From the human T2T-CHM13v2.0 reference genome, Homo sapiens, in NCBI RefSeq assembly GCF_009914755.1, contig NC_060929.1: a stretch of DNA of 64,000 bases; one strand, written 5' to 3'. Each line of letters starts with the position of its first letter. Position 1 is the stretch's first letter. The notes under the pieces are model-generated. The model searched no databases. It had not been told where the DNA came from and saw only the letters and a list, made by a program, of their open reading frames with translations. This document shows positions 27,291 through 40,471 of the stretch, one piece after another. Made by a program: the position numbers and the translations under genes.

Positions 27291-30160
27291 CATGATATCA
27301 TGTCAGTTACCTAGTAGATGCTCCATAAATATTTATTTGTTGATTGATTGAGGATTCAGGATAGATTGGGAGATGGGACAGGAGACAGGGAGACTCCTCT
27401 GAAGGCCCCGTCAATAATCAGTGGGTGTGTGTTGGTGAGGCCCTGATGAAAGGGGAAGCCATGGAAATAGAGCTTCAGAGTTAACTGCGAGAGATTTCTT
27501 TCAAAGAAAAGACAGATTTGTGATACAATTTGTCTTGTGTCGACTATCAAGACAAAGAAGACAGAAGTACCTAATATGGCCTTAAGGCTTCTCTGTTGTC
27601 ATAATGGGAGAACTGAAAAATTAAAAATTAACCTCATATCTTTAAATCACCACTCACTTCTCTAAAAGCATGGTTGGCCAAAACATTTTTTATTGGTATG
27701 TAATTCTACCAAGGCTGGCCAGAAGCCATTCTTTTTTAATGCACTCAGTAAATCTCTGCACGGTTTCTTTATTATGAGAGGGCCTTTGATCCAATAAAAC
27801 CCATCAAGACCCCTTCTGAGGCATTCACTTTGGATTTTGTATGGAAGTCTATAGAGAAAAAGGAGAGCAGAATTGGGTAAAAACTAAACTCTAAAAGGCT
27901 AACAAAATTCCTCCATAACGTAGTGCTTACATGTAGTGCAAATTCTGCGAACCAAGAAGAGTCATTGGAATATACATTAAGACTCAGCATACCCATTTAT
28001 AAACAGAAAACCACCCTCCGGGACTTGAAGGCACTTGCCTGTACAAATGTGGCATGTGGTCCTGGGAGTCTATACCGTTGCCCTTTTTGATTTGGGGCAG
28101 TGAAGCTTACAAATGAAAATCTTGAAAGAAGAAACTTGCCTTTTGATCAGTTGGTTAGAGGCAGGTTTGAAATTATGATAAATCTGCTACATATTCATTC
28201 TATGAGCAGGTTTAAACTCTAATGCATCTGCCTGTATATCTGCAAATGAGGCTGACTTACCGTACCAGGCTGAAGGGTGAGATGGATGAAGTTAGTTATG
28301 GGTTTATGGATTGGGCAGAGAGGGCTAGACATCAGGGAATGTGCCTTTGCCCTCCTCCCCCCGCCCTCTCTCTCCACCACACTGAAGTCTCGATTTATTT
28401 TCTGTGTGTTAACATTTGACTGAAGTGCATGAAATACCCTCTCAGATGCTAGGAGCCCGAAGTAAAGCATCAAATAGCATGCTCACCTGGGGAATTTAGA
28501 ATTAGCCTCCAAACTAACCAAAGTAATCTAGGCCCCAAAGCCACTTTAGTTCTTGCTATTGGGATTGCCTGTGAGGATGAGCCTAAATGTGGTAGATAAT
28601 TATGTCTCTTTGCTTTCTTTTTATCTTCATCCTAACTCTCATCTTTCAAGTCTCCTTTCTGCTGCAGAGTGGCAGGAGCTAAGGCTTGGCCATGAAGCCA
28701 GACATCCCATTTCTGTGGAGTTTTTGACCCTGTGCCATGATACTGGTCTTTAGGGAATTCTACATCGGTAACCATTTCTAAGCTCAGTTAGGTTAAGGCC
28801 ATGGTCAGACCCTTGCTGTCTTCACTTCAGCCCACAAGAGAGGCAATACCGTGATACTGTGATGAATCCACCCCTGAAGCCTGCAGCTCCCTCCTGCTTC
28901 CCTGCCATGAGAGATAAGTTACTGGAGAGGAATGTCACATCTTACGGAAGAATTAATTTTGGAGTGCATTCCCGACAAGTCTATAGTTCAACATACATAT
29001 GGGGAGTTATTTTCAATGGCATTTAAATGTAATTGACTTATCAGCCAGGTTAGAATAATCATAGGATAGCTATAGTGTTATTGTCTAATTGTGGTCCTAT
29101 AGCTGACAACGCTCTGAAAGCCTCTTTAAAATATAAAGGAAACCTGCCCTTGGGAATACAAAGATTGTGTGAGAGTTGTAAGACATCCAGGAGAAGTTTA
29201 AAGTGGAGTTTGGAATAAAGTGAACAGGCTCTTAACCATGGGTAAAATTGTAAGAGAACAGCTTACACGGTTCTTGCAAACCAACTTGTCATTTCTCAAG
29301 TGTATAATGAAATAATGTGTATGAATATTTTCATGCAGAGCAGCCTCTCCCTCAAGTTCTGCCCTCTTCAGAGCTTCATAATAATATACAACAGCATCTT
29401 TTAGAACAGTGTTTTACAATCTCCAGACTAAGGGCTCCCAAAAAGATCCTGAGAGAAGTGTAAATGAGTAACAACTCTAAGACTGCATTTTTGTAAGTAA
29501 ATGATGATGAAGGATAAGGAGAGATGTTCATGGGGAAAAGCCCTGAAAATTATTGGAAGTCGTGGAGAATGAGAGTCAAATGCAAACACTCCTATTCTGC
29601 AGCTACGCTGATTAGCAGATCTTTTATAGTTTCCGTGTGGGAGATGAGCAGGGGCTTGGCAAGCACTGTCCGTGTATTAGGAACGAATGCCCCTCCGCAT
29701 ATTCAATTTGGGGGCGTTATTAAAAAATGGAATGAGGCTCCTTCTCAGGCTCTGCTTCCTTTTCATAACTGCTCTTGCAGTGATCCTTTTGGCTGTAATA
29801 GCACTTTGTGTGAAAAGGATGGATGGGAACCCGCTAGGTCTTTTTACAGAATATCAAACATTTTGCCCATTAAGCTGACTTGATTTGAAGAGGTCCTTGG
29901 CACAGATTGATGAAATAGTCCAAATATTATCACTCCTTGTTCTGCAGTCCGGATAGAGTAATAACCAGTCGCCTCAGCCTTTGCTCATTAATGAGGTGGT
30001 CAGGGTCCTAAGATGTGCAAAGTTATTTCTTTTTCTCTCTTGCTATTTTGCACGTTATGCAGGATTACAATGCTGTGGGAATGATGTGCAGATGGTCTCC
30101 AGTGAGACTCACCCAGCAAGATTCTCTTCTTGCATCAGGATTCTGCCTTTTTCTCTAAGT

Positions 30161-30363
30161 CAGTGCGCCCTCACATCAGCCCTGAGAACATTTATTTGGC
30201 AGTGTCTGGAGATGTTTTTGTTTGTCACGACTGGGAGATGCTACCAGTATGTAGCAAGCGGAGACCAGATATGCTGCTAAACATTTTTCAATGCACAGGA
30301 CAGCCCCTGGTTAAAGAATTATCTGATCCAAAATGATAATAGTGCCAAGGTTGAAAATTCCTG
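30161..30363 (+). mobile_element. MER20 (hAT-Charlie)
   Basis: tttggcagtgtctggagatgtttttgtttgtcacgactgg...atgctgctaaacat...aatgcacaggacagcccc...aaagaattatctgatccaaaatg..aatagtgccaaggttgaaaattcctg. Confidence 0.9.
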
Positions 30364-31212
30364 CTCTAATTGATTTATAATTACATCTTCAGATATATTT
30401 TTTCTTTTTTACCACTTGAACGAAAATAAGAGCTTATATTGCCCTGTATAGCTCATCTTTGGCTCTGTGTCCCTCGTTCCTCTTGGTGATTCTTTTTATG
30501 TCCATGGCCCTCAGTCCCCTTCACAGAAACAAGCTGTGGCATTAAGTTCCAAAAATTTATTGACTGAACTGGTCAGCTCTATGCAGCGTAAACAGGGTTC
30601 AACTGAAGAGGTATAATGAAAAGTACCGCTGAATGTAAATCTTCCTAAAGCATGACTTGCTGGTTTTTCTCTGCTTTAAAAGGATAATAAAGTCAACCAT
30701 TTATGAAAAACCTACTATGTGCAGAAACTTCACATTTAATATCTGACCTAAATGTCGCAGTGACTCAGTTTTCCTAATTATAATTAGAGAAAGAGGTTCA
30801 GAGAGGCCAAATAACTTATGCATAGGCATGCATAGTCAGTGGTTAGGATTTGGAATTGAAAATATAGGTCTGTTTAACTGCAAAGCTCACGTTCTCACCA
30901 CTATGTGTATTGCCATCAACTTGTAAATATATGCTTGAGTGACTTTGACTTTATGTGTTCACATCCCCCAAGCCCCAGTATCCTCAGAACCGCCCCTAAT
31001 AACAATGTTTCTAAAAAAAGAAATGTACAGTCCCTCTGATCATCCAAAGACTGGTCAGCTCCCCATCAGCCTTGTCCTGAGAGCTGAAAGATGACACATT
31101 CCTTAGCTAGTACTCCATTGTAAAACAATCCATGTCAGGGCACGTGGGAAGATGGGAAACAGGTTGAAGGAATTGGGAGATAAAAAGAAATACACTTCAA
31201 AACTGAAGGTGA

Positions 31213-31556
<344 letters not shown>

Positions 31557-31584
31557 TCAGGATGCTCAGCCAAGGCAGTGTTTC

Positions 31585-32110
31585 AGTTAGGGATACCTTT
31601 CAGCTGTAAGTTATCAAGAACAACTGAAAAAAAAAAAAAAAAAAAAAAACCCTAACAGTGGTTTATATTGAGGCTTGATTTCCTGACCTTACTAGCTAGA
31701 TGTCCAAGGTTGGCAACCCTGGCATCGTTTCTGCTGCTCAGTGATGCCATCCAGGACACTGGCTCTTCCCATCTCCACTTTGCCATTCCCAGCACTTTGG
31801 TTTTATTTCCTTAGGTTTCCTGCCTCATTGTCTAAGGATGTCTGATGCAGCTCCACATATCACATCCACCTTCAAAGGAGGGAGATAGAAGTGGAGAAAT
31901 ATTCAAATTCTTTGCCCCTCTTACCAGAAAAAGTCTAAACCATTCCCAGCCCCCAACACACACTTACACACACATACACATCCCAGCAAAATTTTACTTA
32001 AATCTTATTAATCAGAACTGTGTTATATGTCTATCCCTTGTTTCAAAAGAGTCTAGGAAAGGTTTTCTAGACCCTTTGAAGATGATAAGGGAAACGAGGG
32101 TTGGAATTGT
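31585..32110 (-). mobile_element. Old MaLR LTR (MLT1J/K/L-like)
   Basis: tttcagctgtaagt..aacagtggttta, ctcagtgatgccatccaggacactggctcttcc, atgcagctccacatatcacatcc. Confidence 0.6.
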
Positions 32111-32160
32111 CTGATGCCGCCAAAAATCAACAGTGTCTGATTAGAGTACTTGAATATTCA

Positions 32161-32529
<369 letters not shown>

Positions 32530-32585
32530 CTACTTCTGGGAAATCTCTCTTACATACTTGTCCAGGGTGGCACTCTGAAGGAGAG

Positions 32586-33021
32586 TGTATTAGTTTGCAA
32601 GGGCTGCCATATCAAGGGACCACACACTGAGGGGCTTACAACACAAGCTTATTGTCTCCTATGGTTCTGGAGGCTGGAAGTCCAGCATCGCTGTGTCAGC
32701 TAGTCCACGCTCTCCCTGAAAGCACTAGGAAAGGGTCTGTTCTGGACCTCTCTCTTGGCTTCTAGGAGTTCTTTGGTTTGTGGCAGCACAACTCCAGTTT
32801 TACATGATATTCTGCCTGCCTTTATATCTGTCCCTGCGTCCAAGTTTTCCCTATTTATAAGGACACCATTCATATTGGATTAGAGCTCACCCTATTGAGC
32901 TCATCTTAACTTGATTATCTGCAAAGACCTGATTTCCAAATAAGGTCACATTCACAGCTATTGGAGGTTAGAACTTCAACATTTGTGAAGGAGGGGGGCA
33001 ATTCAGCTTATTCGTAATACA
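32586..33021 (-). mobile_element. MaLR solo LTR (MLT1B/C-like)
   Basis: tgtattagtttgcaagggctgcca...ggttctggaggctggaagtcc...ttataaggacacca.tcatattggattag...tttccaaataaggtcacattc. Confidence 0.88.
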
Positions 33022-33049
33022 AGATTTTTCTAAATTCTTCTTTATATCT

Positions 33050-33300
33050 TAATAGTAATGGCGATAGTTAATATTTTTGAGCATTTACTACATGCTAAGC
33101 AGTTCACATAGATTTTTCTCATTTAATTCTTACTACCACTACATGGGATAGGTGCTATTATCTTTTCTATCTTACAGAATAGGAAATGGAGGCACAAAAA
33201 TATTAGGTGACCTTCTCCAAATTATGTAATTAGTAAGTAAGAGGGCCAGGTCTCAGCCCCAAGTGCGCTGGCCTCTGAGTCCTTGCATTTAATTATCATC
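33050..33300 (-). mobile_element. MIR
   Basis: tttttgagcatttacta...atcttacagaataggaaatggaggcac antisense MIR. Confidence 0.7.
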
Positions 33301-34659
33301 TAGACTCTCTTAACCACAGCTATCTTCATCTCTGGTATAATAGGTTTCCTGCTCATCAATGCCAAATAAGGGTAGACAAGTTGATTTCCTTAAAGCTTAA
33401 AAAAAAATTTTTCCACAAAGGCTTTCTTTGCTGCCTTAGAAACGCAAATAAAACACTTCATTCTGCACTAGGCGTAATGGTTTCCTCTTATTCAAATGCA
33501 GGGCCATCTGTGCAAAGTATTTTATTTCATCATTCATTGAAGTTCACTTAAAAGATGAAATCACCCTTAATGGAACAATGAAATGGAAGGATTCCCAAAC
33601 TGAAGGCAAATGACTTGAAAATGAGAGGCTGTGGTTCCTGCCCGCAACCCCTGCCCAGGGTCTCATGAGTGACAGTGGTTCTGTTCTGACAGCCCCAGAG
33701 ATGAAGAAGGGCTCTTGGGGAGCATAATGGCGCCATTTCCAGCCAAGCAGTTCATGAGGCTGAAGTGCTGTTTCCATGCTGTCCTCTGGCCTGGATCAGC
33801 CGCTGGGAGCCTGGCATTGATCTGTGTAGACTGGTGAAGCTTCATCTGCTTTGCAGGCATTGCTTTGGCTAAACAAGCCTGTAACTGATCCCTCTTGCTA
33901 TAAACCAGCCTAAGTAGCCTCTTACCATCAGCCAGTACTCTGCTACCATCCTCCTTCTATAGCAGGACCACAGATGGAAAGGAAAGCTGCTTCCTCTCAA
34001 GTAAAGGACCGAAGACTGAGGGAAATTTTGCTTTTTGTAGGCAATAGCACAGTTTCCCCCTTTCCTCCTGACTGGAGACAGACAGTGCAGGAAATGATGG
34101 GAAAAAGCAAATCATGCTTTATGTTTGAGAGGCACCTCATGACTCTGTGGTGGACAGCAGGCATTATTAGCTGCATTTTACAATGGCAGAAACAGGCCTG
34201 GGCAGGGGAAAGAACTTGTCCACGACACAAGGCTAGCAAACAGCAGGTCTAGGCCCAGTACCCGGGTAGCCAGACTCCAAACAATATGCTCTTTCCACAG
34301 TGACATTCGGCACTGCAGCAGAGAACGAGAATAAAGTGCTTCTGAGTTGAACTGACAGAAGCTTCTAGAATCGGAAAGAGAAAGAATGCCGCAAAGAAGA
34401 CTAAGGCACTTATTCCATGTGCTGCGCCTCAAGGAGAAGTCTGTTTAGTTTGGGAGACCAGAGTGCCTCAAATGGCGTCTCCCCAGTGGCTTTCTTGAGT
34501 TTGGGATTTGTCCACTTCATGATTGCTTCTTTTCTGTGGTGGGTGTTTCCCATTCCTTCTCTGAGTCAGCAAACAGCCATGAGAAAAGTTTCCTCCCGTT
34601 TTTCTCATCCTCATTCCTGAGGATAAAAAAACCTCTCCTTCAGATCAGAAGGGAAGGCA

Positions 34660-36250
34660 GAATGATAGTAGCTAACACATGGTGAGCATTAATGATGCTT
34701 CAAGTTGAGGGCTTTCCTTGAATCCCTCGTTTAATTCTCTCCGTAAGAAGAATTGTCCCCATTTGGCAGATGGGAAAACCAAGTCTTAGAAAGTTTCAGT
34801 AACTTGCCCAAGGTTGCACCGCTGGAGAGAAGCGGCACAAACTTGAAATCAAGAGGCCTATATTCCCCTCCTTCTGCACTGTTAACCTGAGCTGCAACCA
34901 GGGACAAGCATGCACCTTTCCAGAGCCTTGGTTCCTCCATCATAACATTTATGCAACACTCACTCTATGCTGGTCACTAGGCTTTCCCTGCATCAACACA
35001 TTTAACCCTCACAACAACCCTATGGGATTGTACTCTTTTTATCTCCATTTCACAGATGAGGACACTGAGGCTTACGGATGTTAAGTAGCTTGTCCAAGGT
35101 TGTACAGATAGGAACTGCCCTAATGAAACACCCGTGCACTGAACCATAATGCTCCATCACCTCCCATGGGGAGTCCCCAACGCCCTTCAACTCTGTCTTG
35201 CTATCATTCCATTATTTTATCTGACAAACGGTATATATTTTTTCTTCCTGAAAGCAGCAGCTTCATAGTGAGTTCCTGCAACATTTCAAGGAGCATTCAT
35301 TATCTTCATTTTATTCCCACTTTATAGATGCAGAAACTGAAGCATAAATCAAATAACTTGCTAAGAGTAAAACAATTAGTGAAGAGCAAGAGTGGCTTCA
35401 AAGTCAGACCTGCCGAATTCCAACACCCATGTTAACATAGGTTCTGTGGAGCTGGCACTCAGAAACCACGTCTACTGCCTCTTGGCCTTGACCTCGTATG
35501 AGCAGTGAAATCATAATCCCCAAGCACCTTCTCAGTGGGAGGTGAAGGAGGTAGCTTGCTTGGTAGCTAACAGCAAAACCTCTGAAATCGGATAGAATGG
35601 CGCTGGAATCCCCACTCTTCCACTTACTGACTGCATGACTCTGAGCAAGTTACTTCACCTCTCTGAAATAGTTTTGTCATCTATAAAATGGTAATAATAA
35701 ATGCACCCATCTCCAAGAGTCATTGCAAAGATTATATTAGATGTTGTATGCACAGCTTTTTGCAAAGTGCATGGTACAAAGTGCTCAATGATTGTTAGAA
35801 GAGATTAGAGTTGACCTCATAGGATCACCACACTGAGCCACCCAGGATGGGACTCAACCTTGCAATGGGCTTCATCTCCTAGAAGGCACCCTGCTCTGGT
35901 CCTTATGATCTGCACTGACCAGTTAGCAGCCTCTCTTGCCCCTCAAGATTTCTTCACTTCCTTTGTACTGAGTCAGCTAGAGGGACCACTCATCATTTCA
36001 CCAAAGTAAAAGGAAGTAGAGACAATTGATGATTGATGTTAGAAGCAGGGGACAGGGGTAGAAAGCATGTGGGCTTCAGATCTGTTCAGACCCAGGTTTG
36101 AATTTGGATATCACTTAAACCTCCCTAAGTTTCAGATTATCATTTTAGAGCAGCAGCATGAGGATAATAATGTTCACCTTTGCAGAGTTATTAAGAATAA
36201 ACAAGAGGAAAATTATGAAGTGTTGTGACATGTAATAAGACAATGGCTAT
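34660..36250. mobile_element. Cluster of about five MIR copies (antisense ~34660-34900, 34940-35160, 35290-35430; sense ~35560-35800, 36065-36250)
   Basis: Repeated cores: cccatttggcagatgggaaaac, ccatttcacagatgaggacactgagg, ttatagatgcagaaactgaagc, gcaagttacttcacctctctg. Confidence 0.75.
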
Positions 36251-37629
36251 TATTTTTAGATTGGCCAACTCGTTTGCATGGAGCTCTTCGTGACAGACCA
36301 TTGAGAAGTGACCTGAGTTCCACAAATGTCCTTTGCTCACTTTATTTGGCACTGTTTGTGTGGTGAACTTTCCCCACTCTGGGTGTGGCTGGTCAGTCTC
36401 TTACAGTGTGTGGCTAGCAGATCACCTTTGAATAACATCTGTGGCTATTTAATTTGTACTGGGGAAAGAAAGAAGTATTACAAGGAAAGCAGGCTGCCCC
36501 GTTGGGATGCTCAAGGCCCATTTTCTTGCACTTAGCCTAGGATTGGCATCTCTTGGTCAATGTGGGTCACCTTCCTGAGAATAAAGGGGCTTCATTGGCT
36601 CAATAATTATCCCAACTGTTTTTTCAGTTGTGGCTATTTGAGAAAGAGGTTTCATATGTCAGGAGTACAAAATAGAGACTGACTTCATCGATCTTTATGC
36701 CATTTTTGCCCTTCATCGTTGATGTCATTTGACTCTTCAGGCCCCCCTTCTCCCGTCACTTTCTTCTTGACATAATAGCTTTCTTCTGTTCCGTCCCCAT
36801 CTTCCCATCTGCTCTTTCTCATAGCTCCCTCTTCTACACCTCGTACTTTCCGGCCTCCGCACTTCCACTGTTGGGCAACAGAAGAGCTGTCTTTGTTTAA
36901 GCTTAAACTTTATCTTCTGGCAAAATGGAGAAATTAACTGCCTACCAGCATCTCGGAGTTGGTTGTGGGGTTCATAGGTTCATACGTGTTAATTGTTTTA
37001 AAAATTCTCCTTACTATAGCAATGCAAGAATCACTAATCTTTCTCTCTTTCCCTTTCTCCCTATTCCTCTTCTCCTCTCCACATTAAGTCTGATTTTTTT
37101 CTCTCTCTGAATTTATCCAGCTTACATAATTTGCCTTTTCATTTTGTGAATGGAGATAATTTGTGAATAGAAATTACTTCCAAATGTTTCAAAAATATTT
37201 TCTAAGCATTTGCTTTAACATGGTGTTGTGAGCTCTTTTTTTTTTTTTTCCTCTTTCTTTTTTTTTCATAAGGAAATAAGTATTTCCAGGGAAATGAGCT
37301 TTAGGGGGAGAAAAGGATTGCATTTCACTCTCTTCTTGGGTCTCTTTTGTTGATGACAATTTTGAGCTGGAGTAACTGCAGATATTGACTTGTCGACCAC
37401 CTGGGGTGGAGGGGGACAGTTTTATTCAGACTCCTGCCCAGGAAGTCCCAGGAAGGAATAGGATAGGAGGGAGGAGAGAGGAGAGGGTAAATGAATTCAG
37501 AAAATAGAGCTAGCCTGGAAACTGATGACTTTTTAGGTGAGAGATTCCCTACATCAATATTTTAATTTTAAGACACATTCTTATACTTGGGTTGATTCTG
37601 GGGTGCCTCCTAAGGACAGACTTTGTCCT

Positions 37630-38410
37630 TTATTCATTAATTCAGCAAGCATTCACTAAAAACTTCCTTCTCTCTAAGACCTTAGTGATGCAGAAATGGG
37701 TGACTGAGGTCCCTGTCCCCGAGGAGATCTCCATCACACACAGAGAAAATAGATGTGCACACTATCACTTATAACACAAGACCAAGGAGACCACGCCTGT
37801 GCTAGCATGGAAGTGAGCACGGGGAGAAGAAAAGGAGTCGTCTGTCTGTTGGTATCAGAGAGTACTTTAGAGGGGAGATGGCATTTGATATGTAGCTAGA
37901 AGGGTGCATAGGATTTTGGCAGAAGGGAAAGAGGGGAGAAATACCTTTCAGGAATAAGAACACCAAGTGCAGTGATTAAAGCCTGGGAAATCATGGTGAG
38001 TAGAATGCCACGTATCATTAACACTGGAGCAAAAAGTATACAAGGATCTAGGGTATTGATGGAAAAGGTATTGGGGAGAAGGACAGCATGACAACAAGCC
38101 TTTCATGCCATAAGAATGTGTATTTGGATTTGATTCTTAAGTGACTCAAAACCCGCCAACAATTCTGAGTGGAAGAGGGCATGGAGCCGTCTGGCAGCCC
38201 CATGCAGAATGAAGTGATGGGGTGAAAACTAGATGAGAGCCAAGGAGGCCATTCCAAAGCCCAGAAAGAGGAGACTGTGAATAAAACAAGAACAATGGCA
38301 GGGCAGGCAGAGAGGAGAGGAGACATGAGGGAGACATCATAGAGGTTGAATGTCCTGGTTTGATCATTGACTGAATCTGGTGGGAGGGGAAAGGAGACAT
38401 CAGGCATAAT
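37630..38410 (-). mobile_element. L2 fragment
   Basis: attcattaattcagcaagcatt, ggtccctgtccccgagg, and ggagacatcatagaggttgaat..tgactga are antisense L2-like. Confidence 0.65.
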
Positions 38411-40385
38411 TCAGTCCATTGATCAGCCTTTTGCTCGATACTGGACAGAGTAACCTGGAGCCAGCCCCTGGGAAAAAGGGGTAGAGGGTAAAAGAAAGTT
38501 TCCTGTTCCTATAATGTACAATGAATAATCAGCTGCAATTTCAGTGGATGTCAGCTGGGCTAGATGATGCTGGAGTTTCTGGGACAAAAGATGCACTTCC
38601 TAAGTTATTTTCATGCATGTAATGAAAAAATTAGAAGACAGCAGAATTGGGTTTAATAAACTTTCCTATTTTTAATTGCCACTGAATGATGTTTTAAGGA
38701 CAATAAGTCCTTAGAGGAAAGAAAAGGCTTTAAAAGCACCCACTTCTTCTCTTCCATTGAAATGACATGTTTCACCTATGTGATGACTTAATTGCCTAAG
38801 AGCAAGGAACAGTGGAACTACAGATAACCTTAGTTGGGCTTTAGAGCAGGGAATGGATTTCTACCTATATGGCAATTATATACCATGTTCTCTGAGGGTT
38901 AGGATCCACACTGGGCTTCAGAATTGTGCTTAGAGGGGCCAGGGTTTAGATTGTTAGGATTTACAATCAGCATCAAATTGGGAAGAGAATGTCGAGGATG
39001 TAGGTCAATATCAGTCAAGTTCATTTAGACCTCCCCCGACCCAAATATATACTTGCCACTTTGCTACAAAAGACAAGGTTAGGGGCTACAAGGTGACACC
39101 CGAGACTTCTTTAGTGGATATTTAGAGTTCGCCCATTCTCCAGAGATAAGAAAGAAGGATTCTCCAAAACCCAGACCCTTAGACCTCAAGCGAAGGTCTT
39201 GGAATAGACAGTACCCACATTCCTGCTGTCCTTTGCTTCTTGTGGAAGTTAATTTTGTGCTTGTTTAACATTTTTAATTGGCCCAACATGCTCCTGCAAG
39301 GCATTTTTCAGTCATTCTGTGTTTGACTTCACCTGGTTATGATTGTTTCCTGTTTTGGGTTTTTGACGTCGTCATTTTATCTTGTTTTCATGAGAGTATC
39401 ATTCCCTGCTCACTGAGAGCCATTTGATTTTTCAGCAGCTTAGGTGGCAGATCTTGAAGACGGTTGCGTCTTCACCTTGGGGAGTGTCTTTCAGTGATTC
39501 GTGGTTGGGTAGGGTGGAACCTCCACCCGCCGGCTTCCCAAACTGATATGTTGGCTTTTCTGAACCTCCAAAGTTGCTAAGATACAGTGTGTCTTTGGAC
39601 CCCTTCCAGGCTGTTTCCTTCCACACTCACAGCTTTGACGGAATATTTCCTCTGCCTGATATCGTTAGAAAGGTGACATGCCAAACCAAAGTTAGAGCCG
39701 TTACAAGACATTTCTTTGAGTGCAGTTTCCTTGGTTCACCCGTTCATCTGCTGTGCTGGAAGAAAAAAGTGAAATCAAAAAAGCTCTATTAAATAGATGT
39801 GCCAAGGAACGAGGAAAAAAAAGAAAAGTTTCTTCAACTTTTATATGCTCAGAATTGTCTCACAAGCATATTTTTGTTCCTTTCCTCTATTTAAAAATTG
39901 ATAACCTAGAAAGTCAGGAGCAGGCTAGGAATCGTTTGTGGCACAAAAGTGGCACCTACTGGTAAGCCTTGGCTTAAATTTGAAGTTTAGATTTGTGCAT
40001 GACCTTGACCAAAGTTATATCCTCCTGAGAATGCTTCCTAATGATTTTCTATGTCTGGAAGGGCAAACCCTCTTTAGATGTATAAATATTAAAAAGCACT
40101 TCTTAGGCATGAGGGCACTGGTTTCAGGGCTACAGAATGACTTTTTCAGCTTGTAATTAAAAACATGTACTGGATAACTAACCAGCAGCAGTATTTGCTT
40201 AAAGGAGCAAATGATTTAAAACTGATTGGGTTGCACACCAAAGTGGAGTGACCCATGGTGGCTGTTCTTACCTCTGGTTTCTCGAGGCATCCACCCAGCT
40301 CCCCGAGGTTCCTCAAGTCACTGGGTTCTTGAAACCCACAGCCTTCCTTTCCTTGCGTGTTTGGAGTTTTTGCTTTATCCTGGTA

Positions 40386-40471
40386 TCCACGTTTTGTTTT
40401 TCATATCTTTACTCTGTATCTGAATATTTATTCCACGTTTTGGTTTTCATGTCTTTACTCTGTATCTGAAT
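40386..40471. repeat. 40-bp direct duplication, period 46 (38/40 identical)
   Basis: tccacgttttgtttttcatatctttactctgtatctgaat at 40386-40425 and a near copy at 40432-40471. Confidence 0.95.
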
